Assembly (NCBI GenBank): GCA_023663145.1
Contig: JAMPHZ010000007.1
Coordinates: 23,028-87,027 of the forward strand
Direction: 5' to 3'
From: Odoribacter sp.
Lineage (GTDB): Bacteria; Bacteroidota; Bacteroidia; Bacteroidales; Muribaculaceae
Length of the DNA: 64,000 nucleotides
Part shown: positions 40,548 through 50,148 of the stretch, piece after piece
Layout: each line of letters opens with the position of its first letter
Position numbering within the stretch: position 1 is the stretch's first letter
Notes under the pieces: model-generated
What the model was told of the DNA's origin: nothing
Database searches by the model: none
What the model saw: the letters and a program-made list of their open reading frames with translations, nothing else
Made by a program: the position numbers and the translations under genes

Positions 40548-40869
40548 TATACGGCTTTTTTAACCTCCCCCGGAAATGCAGCAAAAGCGCCGGGCGCGAT
40601 GTTTGGCATTGTGCTTGCATTTCCTGATGACAGTTTATGATCAATACAAAGGACAAACTCTACACCCGGGTCTGTTTACCATAAACCGGTGATCTATTCC
40701 CGGAGCACCTGTTGCTCGGCATTGCTTATAAAGTATTGTTGGCGGGTGTGTTTAGGGTTATGTCCCTTTGTATTATTATCAGGCAGGTTCAAATGCCTGT
40801 CAGGCGCCTTAGAGGTGCAGTTTAATCATCCCTTATTAGCATTCTTTTAGTCACCTTCTGCACAATAAC

Positions 40870-42894
40870 ATGAAAAGTGAACTTATCGTAGACGTGCAGC
40901 CTTCTGAAGTTTCGATAGCCTTGCTCGAAGACTCGCGCCTGGTGTCGTTGCAAAAAGAAGCCCGCAACATTTCCTACGCCGTGGGCGACATATATCTGGC
41001 AAAAGTGAAGAAACTGATGCCGGGCCTTAATGCCGCCTTTGTTAACGTGGGGTACGAAAAGGATGCATTCCTCCATTACTTAGATCTTGGTCCTCACTAT
41101 GCCTCATATAAGGCATATCTGAACCAGTTGCTCGATGGCGACCGCAAGAAAGTGCCGTCACTCGAGAAAATGAATCTCTTGGCCGATATTGACAAGAACG
41201 GTACCGTATCTGACACGCTCACCCAAGGACAGGAGCTTCTGGTGCAGATAGTCAAGGAACCGATTTCTTCAAAAGGTCCCCGCCTCACCACTGAAATCTC
41301 TTTCACGGGACGTTTCATGGTGCTTATTCCATTCAGCGACAAAATTTCCATTTCTCAGAAAATAAAATCTACTGAAGAAAAAATGCGCCTGCGCCAGCTT
41401 ATCGAGAGCATAAAGCCTCGTAACTTTGGTGTAATAGTGCGCACTTCGGCTGAGGGAAAACGCGTGGCTGAGTTAATCAACGAACTTAAAACCTTGGTTG
41501 ACTGTTGGAATACAACAGTAGCCAAGGCACAGAAAGCCACTGCCCCGGCTCTTATTTTTGAGGAGGAGAGCCGTATTGTGGGCATGTTGCGCGATGTCTT
41601 CAGTCCTTCGTTCGAGTCAATACACGTAAATGACCCTGACATCCACAAGCAGATTCAGAACTATGTACAACTTATTGCCCCCGAGCGATCCGACATAGTA
41701 AAACTTTACTCCAAGCCAGAGCCTATATTTGACAGCTTCGCTATCACACGGCAGATAAAGTCGTCGTTTGGAAAGACCGTGTCGTTCCGTTCCGGTGCCT
41801 ATATTATCATAGAGAGCACAGAGGCTCTGCATGTTGTTGATGTTAATTCAGGTAACCGCTCGCGTGCGGCAAATGATCAGGAGTCAAACGCCCTGGAAGT
41901 GAACCTGCGGGCCGCCGAGGAGATTGCCCGCCAGTTGCGCTTGCGCGATATGGGCGGAATCATTGTGGTCGATTTCATCGATATGAATAAAGGTGAGCAT
42001 CGTCAACAACTCTACGAGCACATGCGCGAGGTCATGAATAATGATCGTGCGCGGCACAATATCCTGCCGCTCAGCAAATTCGGACTGATGCAAATCACCC
42101 GCCAACGTGTTCGGCCGGCATTGAACATCACTACTGCCGAGAAATGTCCGTGCTGTTTTGGAAAAGGTGAGATACAACCATCGTTGCTTTTTACTGACAC
42201 TCTGTTTGAAAAGCTTGATTATCTTGTAAATACATTGAAGATTGCAGCATTTACGATGTATATACATCCGTTTGTTGATGCGTATATCAAACGAGGTTGG
42301 CTATCCTCAATCTATCGTAAATGGCGAAGACAGCTTGGCCGTACGTTCAAGATTTTACCAGATGAATCACTGGCATATCTGCAATACCGCGTGATTGACA
42401 GTGAAGGTCATGAAATTGACCTTAAAGAAGAAAAAGACATGGACGCTTCATCAGCCGAGAAAGTCAAGAACAAGGCGAGCAAGAGAGGAAGCGATGCAGC
42501 CGCGGTTGCAGATTGTGCCGAGACCAAGGAAGAAAAACCTATACCGGCTCCGGGTATGGGAACAAGTAAGTCAGCCAAATCACGTCGTCGTAAACGCGCC
42601 CGTAAGGAGGCGGAGGCAGCAGCCGCAGCCGCAGCTATGACAGAAGATAACCATGCCGTGGTTACCGACATTGCCCATGTAGCTGAAAATTTGTCTCCGG
42701 ATCTGGGACATGAAACCGAACCGGCTGTTACCGACGGGATAGAGGTGACTAAGTCAAAACCTAAGACACACCGTAAACCAAAGTCAGTTCCGGCAGAGCA
42801 AGTTGAATCGCCGTTATTGACTGACCAATATCTTCATGCTTTGCCTCCACACATGGAGAACAATCAACCAGGATCTACAACTGACGAGGAATGA
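40870..42894 (+). CDS. rng: Ribonuclease E/G family protein with disordered C-terminal tail
   Basis: GDIYLAKV, AAFVNVG..KDAFLH, QIVKEPI..KGPRL, VDVNSG, RLRDMGGIIVVDFIDM, CPCC.GKG. Confidence 0.92.
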   Translation: MKSELIVDVQPSEVSIALLEDSRLVSLQKEARNISYAVGDIYLAKVKKLMPGLNAAFVNVGYEKDAFLHYLDLGPHYASYKAYLNQLLDGDRKKVPSLEKMNLLADIDKNGTVSDTLTQGQELLVQIVKEPISSKGPRLTTEISFTGRFMVLIPFSDKISISQKIKSTEEKMRLRQLIESIKPRNFGVIVRTSAEGKRVAELINELKTLVDCWNTTVAKAQKATAPALIFEEESRIVGMLRDVFSPSFESIHVNDPDIHKQIQNYVQLIAPERSDIVKLYSKPEPIFDSFAITRQIKSSFGKTVSFRSGAYIIIESTEALHVVDVNSGNRSRAANDQESNALEVNLRAAEEIARQLRLRDMGGIIVVDFIDMNKGEHRQQLYEHMREVMNNDRARHNILPLSKFGLMQITRQRVRPALNITTAEKCPCCFGKGEIQPSLLFTDTLFEKLDYLVNTLKIAAFTMYIHPFVDAYIKRGWLSSIYRKWRRQLGRTFKILPDESLAYLQYRVIDSEGHEIDLKEEKDMDASSAEKVKNKASKRGSDAAAVADCAETKEEKPIPAPGMGTSKSAKSRRRKRARKEAEAAAAAAAMTEDNHAVVTDIAHVAENLSPDLGHETEPAVTDGIEVTKSKPKTHRKPKSVPAEQVESPLLTDQYLHALPPHMENNQPGSTTDEE

Positions 42895-42940
42895 TATCCG
42901 GCTCATGAGCCACAGGCAATAGCCTTATTTCTTAAAATAT

Positions 42941-42976
42941 AGCGCCCCGCCGATCTGAAAACGGCAGGGCGCTTTT
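42941..42976 (+). terminator. Intrinsic terminator after rne/rng
   Basis: AGCGCCC-CGCCG...CGGCA-GGGCGCT followed by TTT. Confidence 0.65.
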
Positions 42977-43085
42977 GTATGGGTATCTGTATCTGAGGCC
43001 AGTAGGATAACACTCATTCATGCATTTATGAAATTGGATTAAAATACGCCGATTTCTCTTGACCTCTTAAATGCATGACTTTGTT

Positions 43086-43496
43086 TCAGAGGAGATTGGT
43101 GAGTTCAGTGATTTCGGCGTCGGTCATTGTATAGCCGTCAAGTGAGTCTTCCTTTGCCTGAATGCAGATATAAGTCACTGGCTCGTCGGAAGTACATTTT
43201 AGATTACGGTCGCAATTTGTAGCAACTCTGATTATTGAGCCCTCGGCAACATCGAATACATCGTCGTTTATCTGGAACTTACCTGTGCCGGTTAAGATGA
43301 TGTAATTTTCCTCGTTATACTTGTGGCTATGAAAGAAGGGTACAGATGCACCTGCTGTGAGCGAACCGAAAGATATTTCGCAAGATGTGGCGCCTGTAGA
43401 GTCCTTTATAAATTGCTTGCCCTCGAAGCACCGGAGTTTTCCGACTGTGGCATGGGTGAATTTTTCACCTTGATTGATTGTTTTGATATCACTCAT
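43086..43496 (-). CDS. Cupin-domain protein
   Basis: PFFHSHKYNEENYIILTGTG cupin motif 1. Confidence 0.85.
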   Translation of the reverse strand: MSDIKTINQGEKFTHATVGKLRCFEGKQFIKDSTGATSCEISFGSLTAGASVPFFHSHKYNEENYIILTGTGKFQINDDVFDVAEGSIIRVATNCDRNLKCTSDEPVTYICIQAKEDSLDGYTMTDAEITELTNLL

Positions 43497-43593
43497 ATTG
43501 AATCTATAAAAATAGTTTATTAACTTTGCGGCAGTAAGCCATTTGCATTTTGATAGCGCAAAGTTAAGTCATATTGTCTGGATATGTAATAAG

Positions 43594-43626
43594 TTACATT
43601 AATGTAAGTCGCTTACTTTCAAGTAA
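43594..43626. promoter_or_regulatory. Tandem TTAC-N6-GTAA operator-like boxes between cupin and HxlR
   Basis: TTACATTAATGTAA (43594-43607, perfect palindrome) and TTACTTTCAAGTAA (43613-43626). Confidence 0.55.
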
Positions 43627-43638
43627 CTGTTTTTGAAA

Positions 43639-44001
43639 ATGAATTTGTTGCAGCCTGATAATAATTTAGAAAAATATAGAGGAATCGCCAAATGTCCGGT
43701 GAGAAATGTAATTTCACGTTTCTCTGGCAAGTGGTCAATGTTGATCCTGTGTATGTTCGCTGATAATGGTCCGACCCGTTTCAGCGTTATAGGCAAGACT
43801 ATTCCGGATATATCGCCAAAAGTCCTTGCCGAGACACTCAAAAGCCTTGAGGCTGACGGTTTGATTTCCCGTAAACTCTATGCGGAGGTTCCTCCACGCG
43901 TAGAATATTCACTTACGGAACTTGGCCAAAGCCTGATACCTGTTCTGAATCGGCTTATCGGATGGGCGATATCGAATTTTGAGAAGTTCGGTTGTAAATG
44001 A
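43639..44001 (+). CDS. HxlR/DUF24 winged-helix regulator with N-terminal CP motif
   Basis: KCPVRNVISRFSGKW, ISPKVL..TLK.LE.DGLI.RK.YAEVPPRVEYSLTELG. Confidence 0.9.
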   Translation: MNLLQPDNNLEKYRGIAKCPVRNVISRFSGKWSMLILCMFADNGPTRFSVIGKTIPDISPKVLAETLKSLEADGLISRKLYAEVPPRVEYSLTELGQSLIPVLNRLIGWAISNFEKFGCK

Positions 44002-44867
44002 TTATCTGGAATCCTTGGCATGGTTGCCGTAAAGTCAGTGAGGGTTGCGACCATTGCTATATGTATTTTCTTGATGGGAAGCGCGGGATAGATACTTCGA
44101 GAGTTGTACGCACCGGCAATTTCACTCTTCCGCTGCGGCGTGACCGGACCGGTAATTTCAAGTTGCAATCAGGCATGCAGGTCTACGTGGGGCTGTCTAC
44201 TGACTTCTTTATAGAGCAGGCTGACAGTTGGCGTGATGAAGTGTGGCGCATGATGCGCATTCGCTCTGATATTGCATTCAGGCTGTTGACAAAAAGAGTG
44301 CACAGGATAAGCCGGTCTTTACCCGATGACTGGGGTGACGGTTATGATAATGTGATGTTGTCAGTTACCTGTGAGAATCAGTGCAGAGCTGATGAGAGAC
44401 TACCTGTGTTGTTGGACATTCCAGCAAAGCATAAGGGATTCATGGCGGCTCCGTTTATCGGTGCGATAGATGCCCGGAAATACCTTGCTGAAGGCTGTAT
44501 AGAGGAGGTGTTGTGTGGTGGAGAGAATTATGATGGCGCACGCCCATGTCATTATGAATGGGTCAGAGACCTTTCGGAGCAATGTGCCTTATATGATGTT
44601 ACATTTAATTTTATAGAAACCGGCACTGTATTTGTTAAGAATCAGAAAGAATATCATATCCCGTCAAAGCAGGTCCAGAGCCGTCAGGCCTATAAATCAG
44701 GGCTGAGCCATTATAACAATAAACCGCTCTTTGATCTCCGCCCGGTGCAAGGTGTCTTGTTTGACAGCGGTACTTACATACCATTTTTCAGGAAAGAGTG
44801 TGACGAATGTGGGTCGAGAATGACTTGTAACGGTTGCTCAAGATGTGGTAACTGTGGTTCCCGCTGA
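43998..44867 (+). CDS. DUF5131 (phage Gp37/Gp68-like, radical-SAM-like) protein with Cys-rich C-terminus
   Basis: WNPWHGCRKVSEGCDHCY, STDFF, LLTKR, GGEN; ATGA overlap with hxlR. Confidence 0.8.
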   Translation: MIIWNPWHGCRKVSEGCDHCYMYFLDGKRGIDTSRVVRTGNFTLPLRRDRTGNFKLQSGMQVYVGLSTDFFIEQADSWRDEVWRMMRIRSDIAFRLLTKRVHRISRSLPDDWGDGYDNVMLSVTCENQCRADERLPVLLDIPAKHKGFMAAPFIGAIDARKYLAEGCIEEVLCGGENYDGARPCHYEWVRDLSEQCALYDVTFNFIETGTVFVKNQKEYHIPSKQVQSRQAYKSGLSHYNNKPLFDLRPVQGVLFDSGTYIPFFRKECDECGSRMTCNGCSRCGNCGSR

Positions 44868-44879
44868 AGGGGAACCGTA

Positions 44880-45500
44880 TTATTTTATCTTAACGCCGGC
44901 CTGTCGCAACAATTCCATATCGGGAATGATAATGAACTCAACGCGGCGGTTGGCCTCGCGGTTTTTTATTGAATTGTTGGGAGCCAAAGGCTCATCGCGG
45001 CCAATGCCATAAGGAATGACATTGGTGTCCTTTTCACCGGCAAGTTGCCAAAGGTAATCGTCAATGGCATTAGCTCGGGTTGCGGTTATGGAATCTGCGT
45101 ACATGAGGTCTCCGGTGTCATCAGTATGGACTGTTATGAGTAATTTATATTTCAGGGGTTCGCGGACTACCATTCCCAAAGGCTTCAATACAGAAGCTGC
45201 TGATTCCTTCAGATCCGTCGCACCAGGTGCAAAAAGCCGTGAACATGGTACAGAAAGCTGAATGACTTCGCCATCACGCATTGATTCTACATGAAAGCCA
45301 TCCTTCACAAAATACCGTCGCAGCTGATCCATCGCACCTTTCACATAGGCCTTGGCTTTTGCAGGTACGGCCGGCACCGCTAAATTCTCCTCAACACTCA
45401 GGTCAAGATTATCGGGTGGGGTAGCTGGATTATTGTCGGCCGCGGTGGCGCCTATTGCCGCGGCAGTGGCCAAAAGTATTGAGGAAAGAATTTTTTTCAT
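44880..45500 (-). CDS. OmpA-family peptidoglycan-binding domain protein with signal peptide
   Basis: LF.PGAT.L, VHTDDTG, RANAI..YL, NRRVEF. Confidence 0.82.
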   Translation of the reverse strand: MKKILSSILLATAAAIGATAADNNPATPPDNLDLSVEENLAVPAVPAKAKAYVKGAMDQLRRYFVKDGFHVESMRDGEVIQLSVPCSRLFAPGATDLKESAASVLKPLGMVVREPLKYKLLITVHTDDTGDLMYADSITATRANAIDDYLWQLAGEKDTNVIPYGIGRDEPLAPNNSIKNREANRRVEFIIIPDMELLRQAGVKIK

Positions 45501-45796
45501 GCTTGATCAAGAGAGTTTTCGTATTCAATATATGCTTTTACGAGTGGTTCGACATGTTGATGCTGCACATGTGCCCCCTTGTCACGGGTGAGCATCCTGC
45601 TTACATATGCGGTGATGTCATCTATGTCTATTTCTTCATCATCATCACTGTCGGCATCAATATCAAGCAGGCCGTTGGCCTCGTAGAAGTCATATATCAT
45701 GTCAATGATGTTGAGTAGTTCGTCATCATCGTATGTGGCTGTTTCTGCGAGAGCAGCATGCATGTGCTCAAGTGCTTTTGATTCGTCAAAATCCAT
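45497..45796 (-). CDS. Conserved acidic hypothetical protein
   Basis: Overlaps neighbours in the rimM operon; DELLNIIDMIYDFYEANG pattern. Confidence 0.65.
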   Translation of the reverse strand: MDFDESKALEHMHAALAETATYDDDELLNIIDMIYDFYEANGLLDIDADSDDDEEIDIDDITAYVSRMLTRDKGAHVQHQHVEPLVKAYIEYENSLDQA

Positions 45797-45799
45797 AAG

Positions 45800-46336
45800 T
45801 TATAAATCTTTTATGCCTTCAGGCAGATTCATTGTCAATCGTTTTCCGGGAATGTCAAGGCCGTGGATCAGGTCAATGGCAAAAGGTACGAATATGACGT
45901 GCCCTTCATTGTCTTTCACGTGAAGCAGGATATTGGCTGTAGAGTCGTCAATATCATCTATAATGCCGAACACATAGCCATCGGTGTCGGCTAATGTGTA
46001 ACCGGAGAGGTCATATAAGTTTATACCGTCGGTCTCGTCAGAATCATCTTTGAACTGCTGTGGGAGTTCATCGCTTACGGCGTAGATGAGATGACGGGAA
46101 AGGTCAGCGGCCTGAATCTCATTGTCTATTCCGTCAAATTTGACGAGCCATGAATTTTCACCTCTACGGCGGGCGGTCTCCACGAAAAATGGCACGAATA
46201 TGCCGTCGGCTTCGAGTATGAAGCATCGCAAGGCGTCGGGTGTCAGGTCAGCGTCTAACTGCAATGACAGCTCTCCTTTGATACCATGCGGTTTGAAAAT
46301 CTCGCCTACTTCGGTTATGGCATCACGGGTTATCAT
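45800..46336 (-). CDS. rimM: 16S rRNA processing protein RimM
   Basis: GEIFKPHGIKGEL, FVPFF, LLVKFDGID, C-terminal PRC-barrel ending LPEGI. Confidence 0.85.
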   Translation of the reverse strand: MITRDAITEVGEIFKPHGIKGELSLQLDADLTPDALRCFILEADGIFVPFFVETARRRGENSWLVKFDGIDNEIQAADLSRHLIYAVSDELPQQFKDDSDETDGINLYDLSGYTLADTDGYVFGIIDDIDDSTANILLHVKDNEGHVIFVPFAIDLIHGLDIPGKRLTMNLPEGIKDL

Positions 46337-46917
46337 TTCTTTCGTTTCTTCTTTGACGGGGTTGGGGCTAATTTATATTCCTGCAAGGTCACGTCTTCAG
46401 GGTAAATCTCTATCTCGCCGTCGCTCATTTCATATAGATCCTTGAATACTTTGATGTCCTCAACTCCTTCCGGATTCACGGCCAACAATAACTTTTTCAT
46501 ATGATTGGCTATCAGTATGGTAAGCTGTAGCCGTTCCTCCCCTGGCTCCATGGAGCGGGCTTTGGCAATCAGCGATTCAGTGACATGGCCATATTGCCGT
46601 CGCACTATATGACTCGTGCCTACCGGAACAGGTGCGGGGCTTTCATCCAGAGCCTGGGGTTTGGCTAATTCAAATGGCAGGTCAACGTCAAGCTCAAATC
46701 CTGTCATCATAGCCAGATGTTCCCACAACTTGCGTCGGTGGGCCTGTTGGTCGCCCTGAGCGGGGAAAAGTATCGACATTGTGTCAACGATAGACCGGGC
46801 GCATCGTGTGCGTTCTTCGCGATCGGCTATTGTGAGACAATGGTCAGCCATATTTTGGATGTTCCGTCCGTATTCAGGTAGAATGAGTGGGCGCATGTGA
46901 TTCTTATAAGTCAACAT
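46333..46917 (-). CDS. DUF4290 domain protein
   Basis: LILPEYGRNIQNM, KLWEHLA, IANHMK motifs typical of the Bacteroidetes family. Confidence 0.8.
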   Translation of the reverse strand: MLTYKNHMRPLILPEYGRNIQNMADHCLTIADREERTRCARSIVDTMSILFPAQGDQQAHRRKLWEHLAMMTGFELDVDLPFELAKPQALDESPAPVPVGTSHIVRRQYGHVTESLIAKARSMEPGEERLQLTILIANHMKKLLLAVNPEGVEDIKVFKDLYEMSDGEIEIYPEDVTLQEYKLAPTPSKKKRKK

Positions 46918-47122
46918 CAGTTATGGTGTTTTAATTGGCAAAATTAGCCAAATTTTATGGAACGATGGCTATATACGGGTATAAAAAAACATAAAAATCA
47001 GCCGGAGATGCTTTTTGTGCATTCCGGCTTAATTCTCCAACGTTTAGACAGTCATGGAAAAGTAATCCATATCAATTCTTAAATGCCGGCTAATACCGGA
47101 TAGCCTGACAGCTATGGCGAGC

Positions 47123-47749
47123 CTATTTTGTCACTTTAAGATATTGAGGTTCTACCTGTACCGGGAACTTGGAGAACAGTGTGGTAACAGCTTCCGATAT
47201 GCCTGTGAGGTTACGGAACTGCGCGTTGCCGTTTTCGAGAATAGTGGCTACGGATGCTGAATATAATGGAATTTTGGTGTCTATATTCACCATGTCCATT
47301 GTAAGTACACCTTCCTTGTATATGCCGGTGATTACCCGGGCATTGGCATAATAATTGTTCCAGTAATAGCTGCGGGGATACATGAAATATGGATAATAAC
47401 CGTTGAAATACGGTCCGGCCGGGGGAGCGAAATATCCCGGGGGAAGAGCCGGCTCAGTTTCGATCTCATGATGGACTGTAAGACCTATGTTTATAAGCAG
47501 GGGCGACGAGCTATCCTCTGTATATCCGCGTATTATCATCTGTTCCCTGATGGCGGAGGCTATGTTGTAGTAGGTCACAAGCTGCATCCCCGGAGGTAGT
47601 TCGCCATCGGCAGGAGAGACAATACGGAATGTACGGTATGATGCCAGATCTGCGTTATTGTATGTCTCGCTGTTAACCAGAGTGAACGGGCTGCAAGCGC
47701 TCAGAAGCAGTCCTGTCACGAATGTCGCTATAAATAAGAGCTTTTTCAT
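47123..47749 (-). CDS. DUF4136 lipoprotein
   Basis: Lipobox LSA-C; YKEGVLTMDMV..T....Y motif. Confidence 0.75.
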   Translation of the reverse strand: MKKLLFIATFVTGLLLSACSPFTLVNSETYNNADLASYRTFRIVSPADGELPPGMQLVTYYNIASAIREQMIIRGYTEDSSSPLLINIGLTVHHEIETEPALPPGYFAPPAGPYFNGYYPYFMYPRSYYWNNYYANARVITGIYKEGVLTMDMVNIDTKIPLYSASVATILENGNAQFRNLTGISEAVTTLFSKFPVQVEPQYLKVTK

Positions 47750-47974
47750 ATTTTTAGAGAATATATTAAAGAGTGCGGAAGTCTGTCAATATCTGTTAGT
47801 TTGGTTATGCCACGTCGTTATAAACGGTCTTTTTATCTTATAACGCGAGGTGTATTGTTAATGTTCACATTGTTCTTTTAACTAAAAATAACGGCGGTTC
47901 AAGCATCTATCTTAATATTATTGCATATATTTGCGCGTGAAGACTCCCCCGTCTTAAATTAAAAACTTTACACA

Positions 47975-48208
47975 ATGGAAGACATTACTGATTATTTTAT
48001 CTCTCTGCTTCAGGAGCATCATAGTGTCGACATCGCCGAGGCTGAATTCAAGCGGGTGATTGCCGATGATGACGAATTGCATGCTCTGTACCGCCAGTGG
48101 TGCCACCAGGAAGGAGATTCTGAGAAAAACGGATTTATAAATTTTTGCCGGGAATATCTCGATGACCGTAATGAAGTGTGGGAATCTCTAAATGATTATG
48201 ACGAATAA
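47975..48208 (+). CDS. Small acidic hypothetical protein (77 aa)
   Basis: TATATTTG promoter at about 47926, A-rich start context, overlap with aguA. Confidence 0.65.
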   Translation: MEDITDYFISLLQEHHSVDIAEAEFKRVIADDDELHALYRQWCHQEGDSEKNGFINFCREYLDDRNEVWESLNDYDE

Positions 48209-49247
48209 AACATTAGGACAATTGCGCCTGCCGGCTGAGTGGGAGCCATGCGGCGGTGTACTTCTCGCGTGGCCGCATGAAGCTACTGATTGGAATTACA
48301 TGCTGCCTCAGGTGCAGGATTGTTATGCTGAACTTATAAGGGCTGTCAGCCGCCACGCCGTGGCTGTTGTAATAGCCCCTGACACCCGAAGGCTTTCAGG
48401 GCTTTTCAGAGATATAGATCCTGGGCGTATAATATTCTGTGACGTGCCTACGGATGATACATGGACCCGTGACTACGGTGTGATTACTTTGCGCGATGTC
48501 GAGGGGAATCCGGTTATGAAAGACTTCGGTTTCAATGCATGGGGTGGGAAATTCCCACATGATCTCGACAATCAAGTCAACCGACGACTGCATGAAGCGG
48601 GTCTGCTTGTCGGCAGACTTGATAACAACAATGATTTCATACTCGAAGGCGGCTCGATTGAGAGTGATGGCCACGGCACTATACTCACCACAACGTCGTG
48701 CCTGTTGACTGAAACACGTAACGGAACAGACCGTGATATCATAGGGAAAGAGCTGTGTGAACGTCTCAATGCCAATCATCTGCTGTGGTTGGATCATGGA
48801 GCGCTCACAGGCGATGATACTGACGGACACATTGACACTATTGCACGTCTTGCACCTGATAACACCATATTGTATTGTGCAGCTACTGCTGACGGTGATA
48901 CTGATGAGCAGTCGCCTTCCCTTGAGGCCATGCTTGACACATTGAAGTCTTTCAGAACTCCCGAGGGAGATGCATATAATCTCATCGAGCTGCCTCTGCC
49001 TGATCCTATTCATGATGATGAAGGTAACCGCCTGCCGGCTACATACGCTAATTTCCTGATTGTGAATGATGCAATACTTATGCCAGTGTATGGTCAGCCA
49101 CGTAAAGACATGCTTGCCGAGATGACTCTTAAAGTCGCATTCCCGGGGCATGTGATAGAAAAGGTTGACTGTCGCGCACTTATTTGTCAGCATGGTTCAC
49201 TACATTGTGCTACCATGCAATTGCCACAAGATGTCTTACCAATATGA
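48198..49247 (+). CDS. aguA: Agmatine deiminase family protein
   Basis: LPAEWEP, DTWTRD, EGGSIESDG, DTDGHID, ATYANF, GSLHCAT. Confidence 0.9.
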   Translation: MTNKTLGQLRLPAEWEPCGGVLLAWPHEATDWNYMLPQVQDCYAELIRAVSRHAVAVVIAPDTRRLSGLFRDIDPGRIIFCDVPTDDTWTRDYGVITLRDVEGNPVMKDFGFNAWGGKFPHDLDNQVNRRLHEAGLLVGRLDNNNDFILEGGSIESDGHGTILTTTSCLLTETRNGTDRDIIGKELCERLNANHLLWLDHGALTGDDTDGHIDTIARLAPDNTILYCAATADGDTDEQSPSLEAMLDTLKSFRTPEGDAYNLIELPLPDPIHDDEGNRLPATYANFLIVNDAILMPVYGQPRKDMLAEMTLKVAFPGHVIEKVDCRALICQHGSLHCATMQLPQDVLPI

Positions 49248-50131
49248 ACAAAATCCTAAAGGTTGGAATTATCCAACAGCATAACACGGCTGACCGTTCC
49301 GAAAACCGTTCCCGCATAGCCGCTAAAGTCATGGAATTGGCCTCGGCAGGGGCCTCACTTATCGTAAACCGTGAACTGCATGACGGATTGTATTTCTGCC
49401 AGACAGAGAGCGTCGATAATTTTGATCAGGCCATATCTCTGAATGACAGTAACCTGCAATTCTACAGTGAGCTTGCTGCCCGCGCCGGTGTAGTGCTCGT
49501 GACATCACTGTTCGAGCGTCGCGCCCCGGGCCTGTATCATAACACTGCAGTGGTTTTTGATGCAGATGGCTCAGAAGCCGGTCGTTATCGCAAGATGCAT
49601 ATACCCGATGATCCGGCTTATTACGAGAAGTTCTATTTCACGCCGGGTGATCTCGGCTTTATACCTGTCGATACCTCGGTAGGGCGTTTGGGGGTTCTGG
49701 TATGTTGGGATCAATGGTATCCTGAAGCAGCACGACTAATGGCTTTGGCCGGTGCAGAGATTCTAATATATCCAACGGCCATAGGTTGGGAAAGCAGTGA
49801 TACACCTGAAGAGCAGCAGCGCCAGCTTGAAGCATGGACCACTGTGCAACGCGGTCATGCCGTGGCCAACGGAGTGCCCGTCGTTACTGTAAACCGTGTG
49901 GGGTATGAACCCGATCCTTCAGGTGCCACAGGCGGTATAACTTTCTGGGGCGGAAGTTTTGTGGCCGGTCCTCAGGGCGAATTCCTTTATCGCGCACCTT
50001 TTGACAAGGAGGATTCCGCAATCGTTGATATTGATATGGCACGCTGCGAGAACGTGCGACGTTGGTGGCCATTCCTGCGCGACCGCCGTATCGATGCATA
50101 TGGCGACCTCTCATGTCGTTTCCGTGATTGA
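49244..50131 (+). CDS. aguB: N-carbamoylputrescine amidohydrolase, CN hydrolase (likely start 49244)
   Basis: E-K-C triad (ELH, YRKMHIPDDP, VCWDQWYPE); ATGA overlap with aguA. Confidence 0.9.
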   Translation: MNKILKVGIIQQHNTADRSENRSRIAAKVMELASAGASLIVNRELHDGLYFCQTESVDNFDQAISLNDSNLQFYSELAARAGVVLVTSLFERRAPGLYHNTAVVFDADGSEAGRYRKMHIPDDPAYYEKFYFTPGDLGFIPVDTSVGRLGVLVCWDQWYPEAARLMALAGAEILIYPTAIGWESSDTPEEQQRQLEAWTTVQRGHAVANGVPVVTVNRVGYEPDPSGATGGITFWGGSFVAGPQGEFLYRAPFDKEDSAIVDIDMARCENVRRWWPFLRDRRIDAYGDLSCRFRD

Positions 50132-50148
50132 TATACGTCAGCTGTCAT

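Noticed and set aside
40780-40800. GGTTCAAAT as a tRNA or tmRNA T-arm
   Set aside because: No acceptor, D or anticodon arms or CCA could be built; kept only as part of the structured rne/rng leader.
47080-47115. CCGGCTAATACCGG resembling the TPP riboswitch P5 loop
   Set aside because: The flanking CCTGAT, GCGTAGG and CTGAGA elements are missing and no thiamine gene lies downstream.
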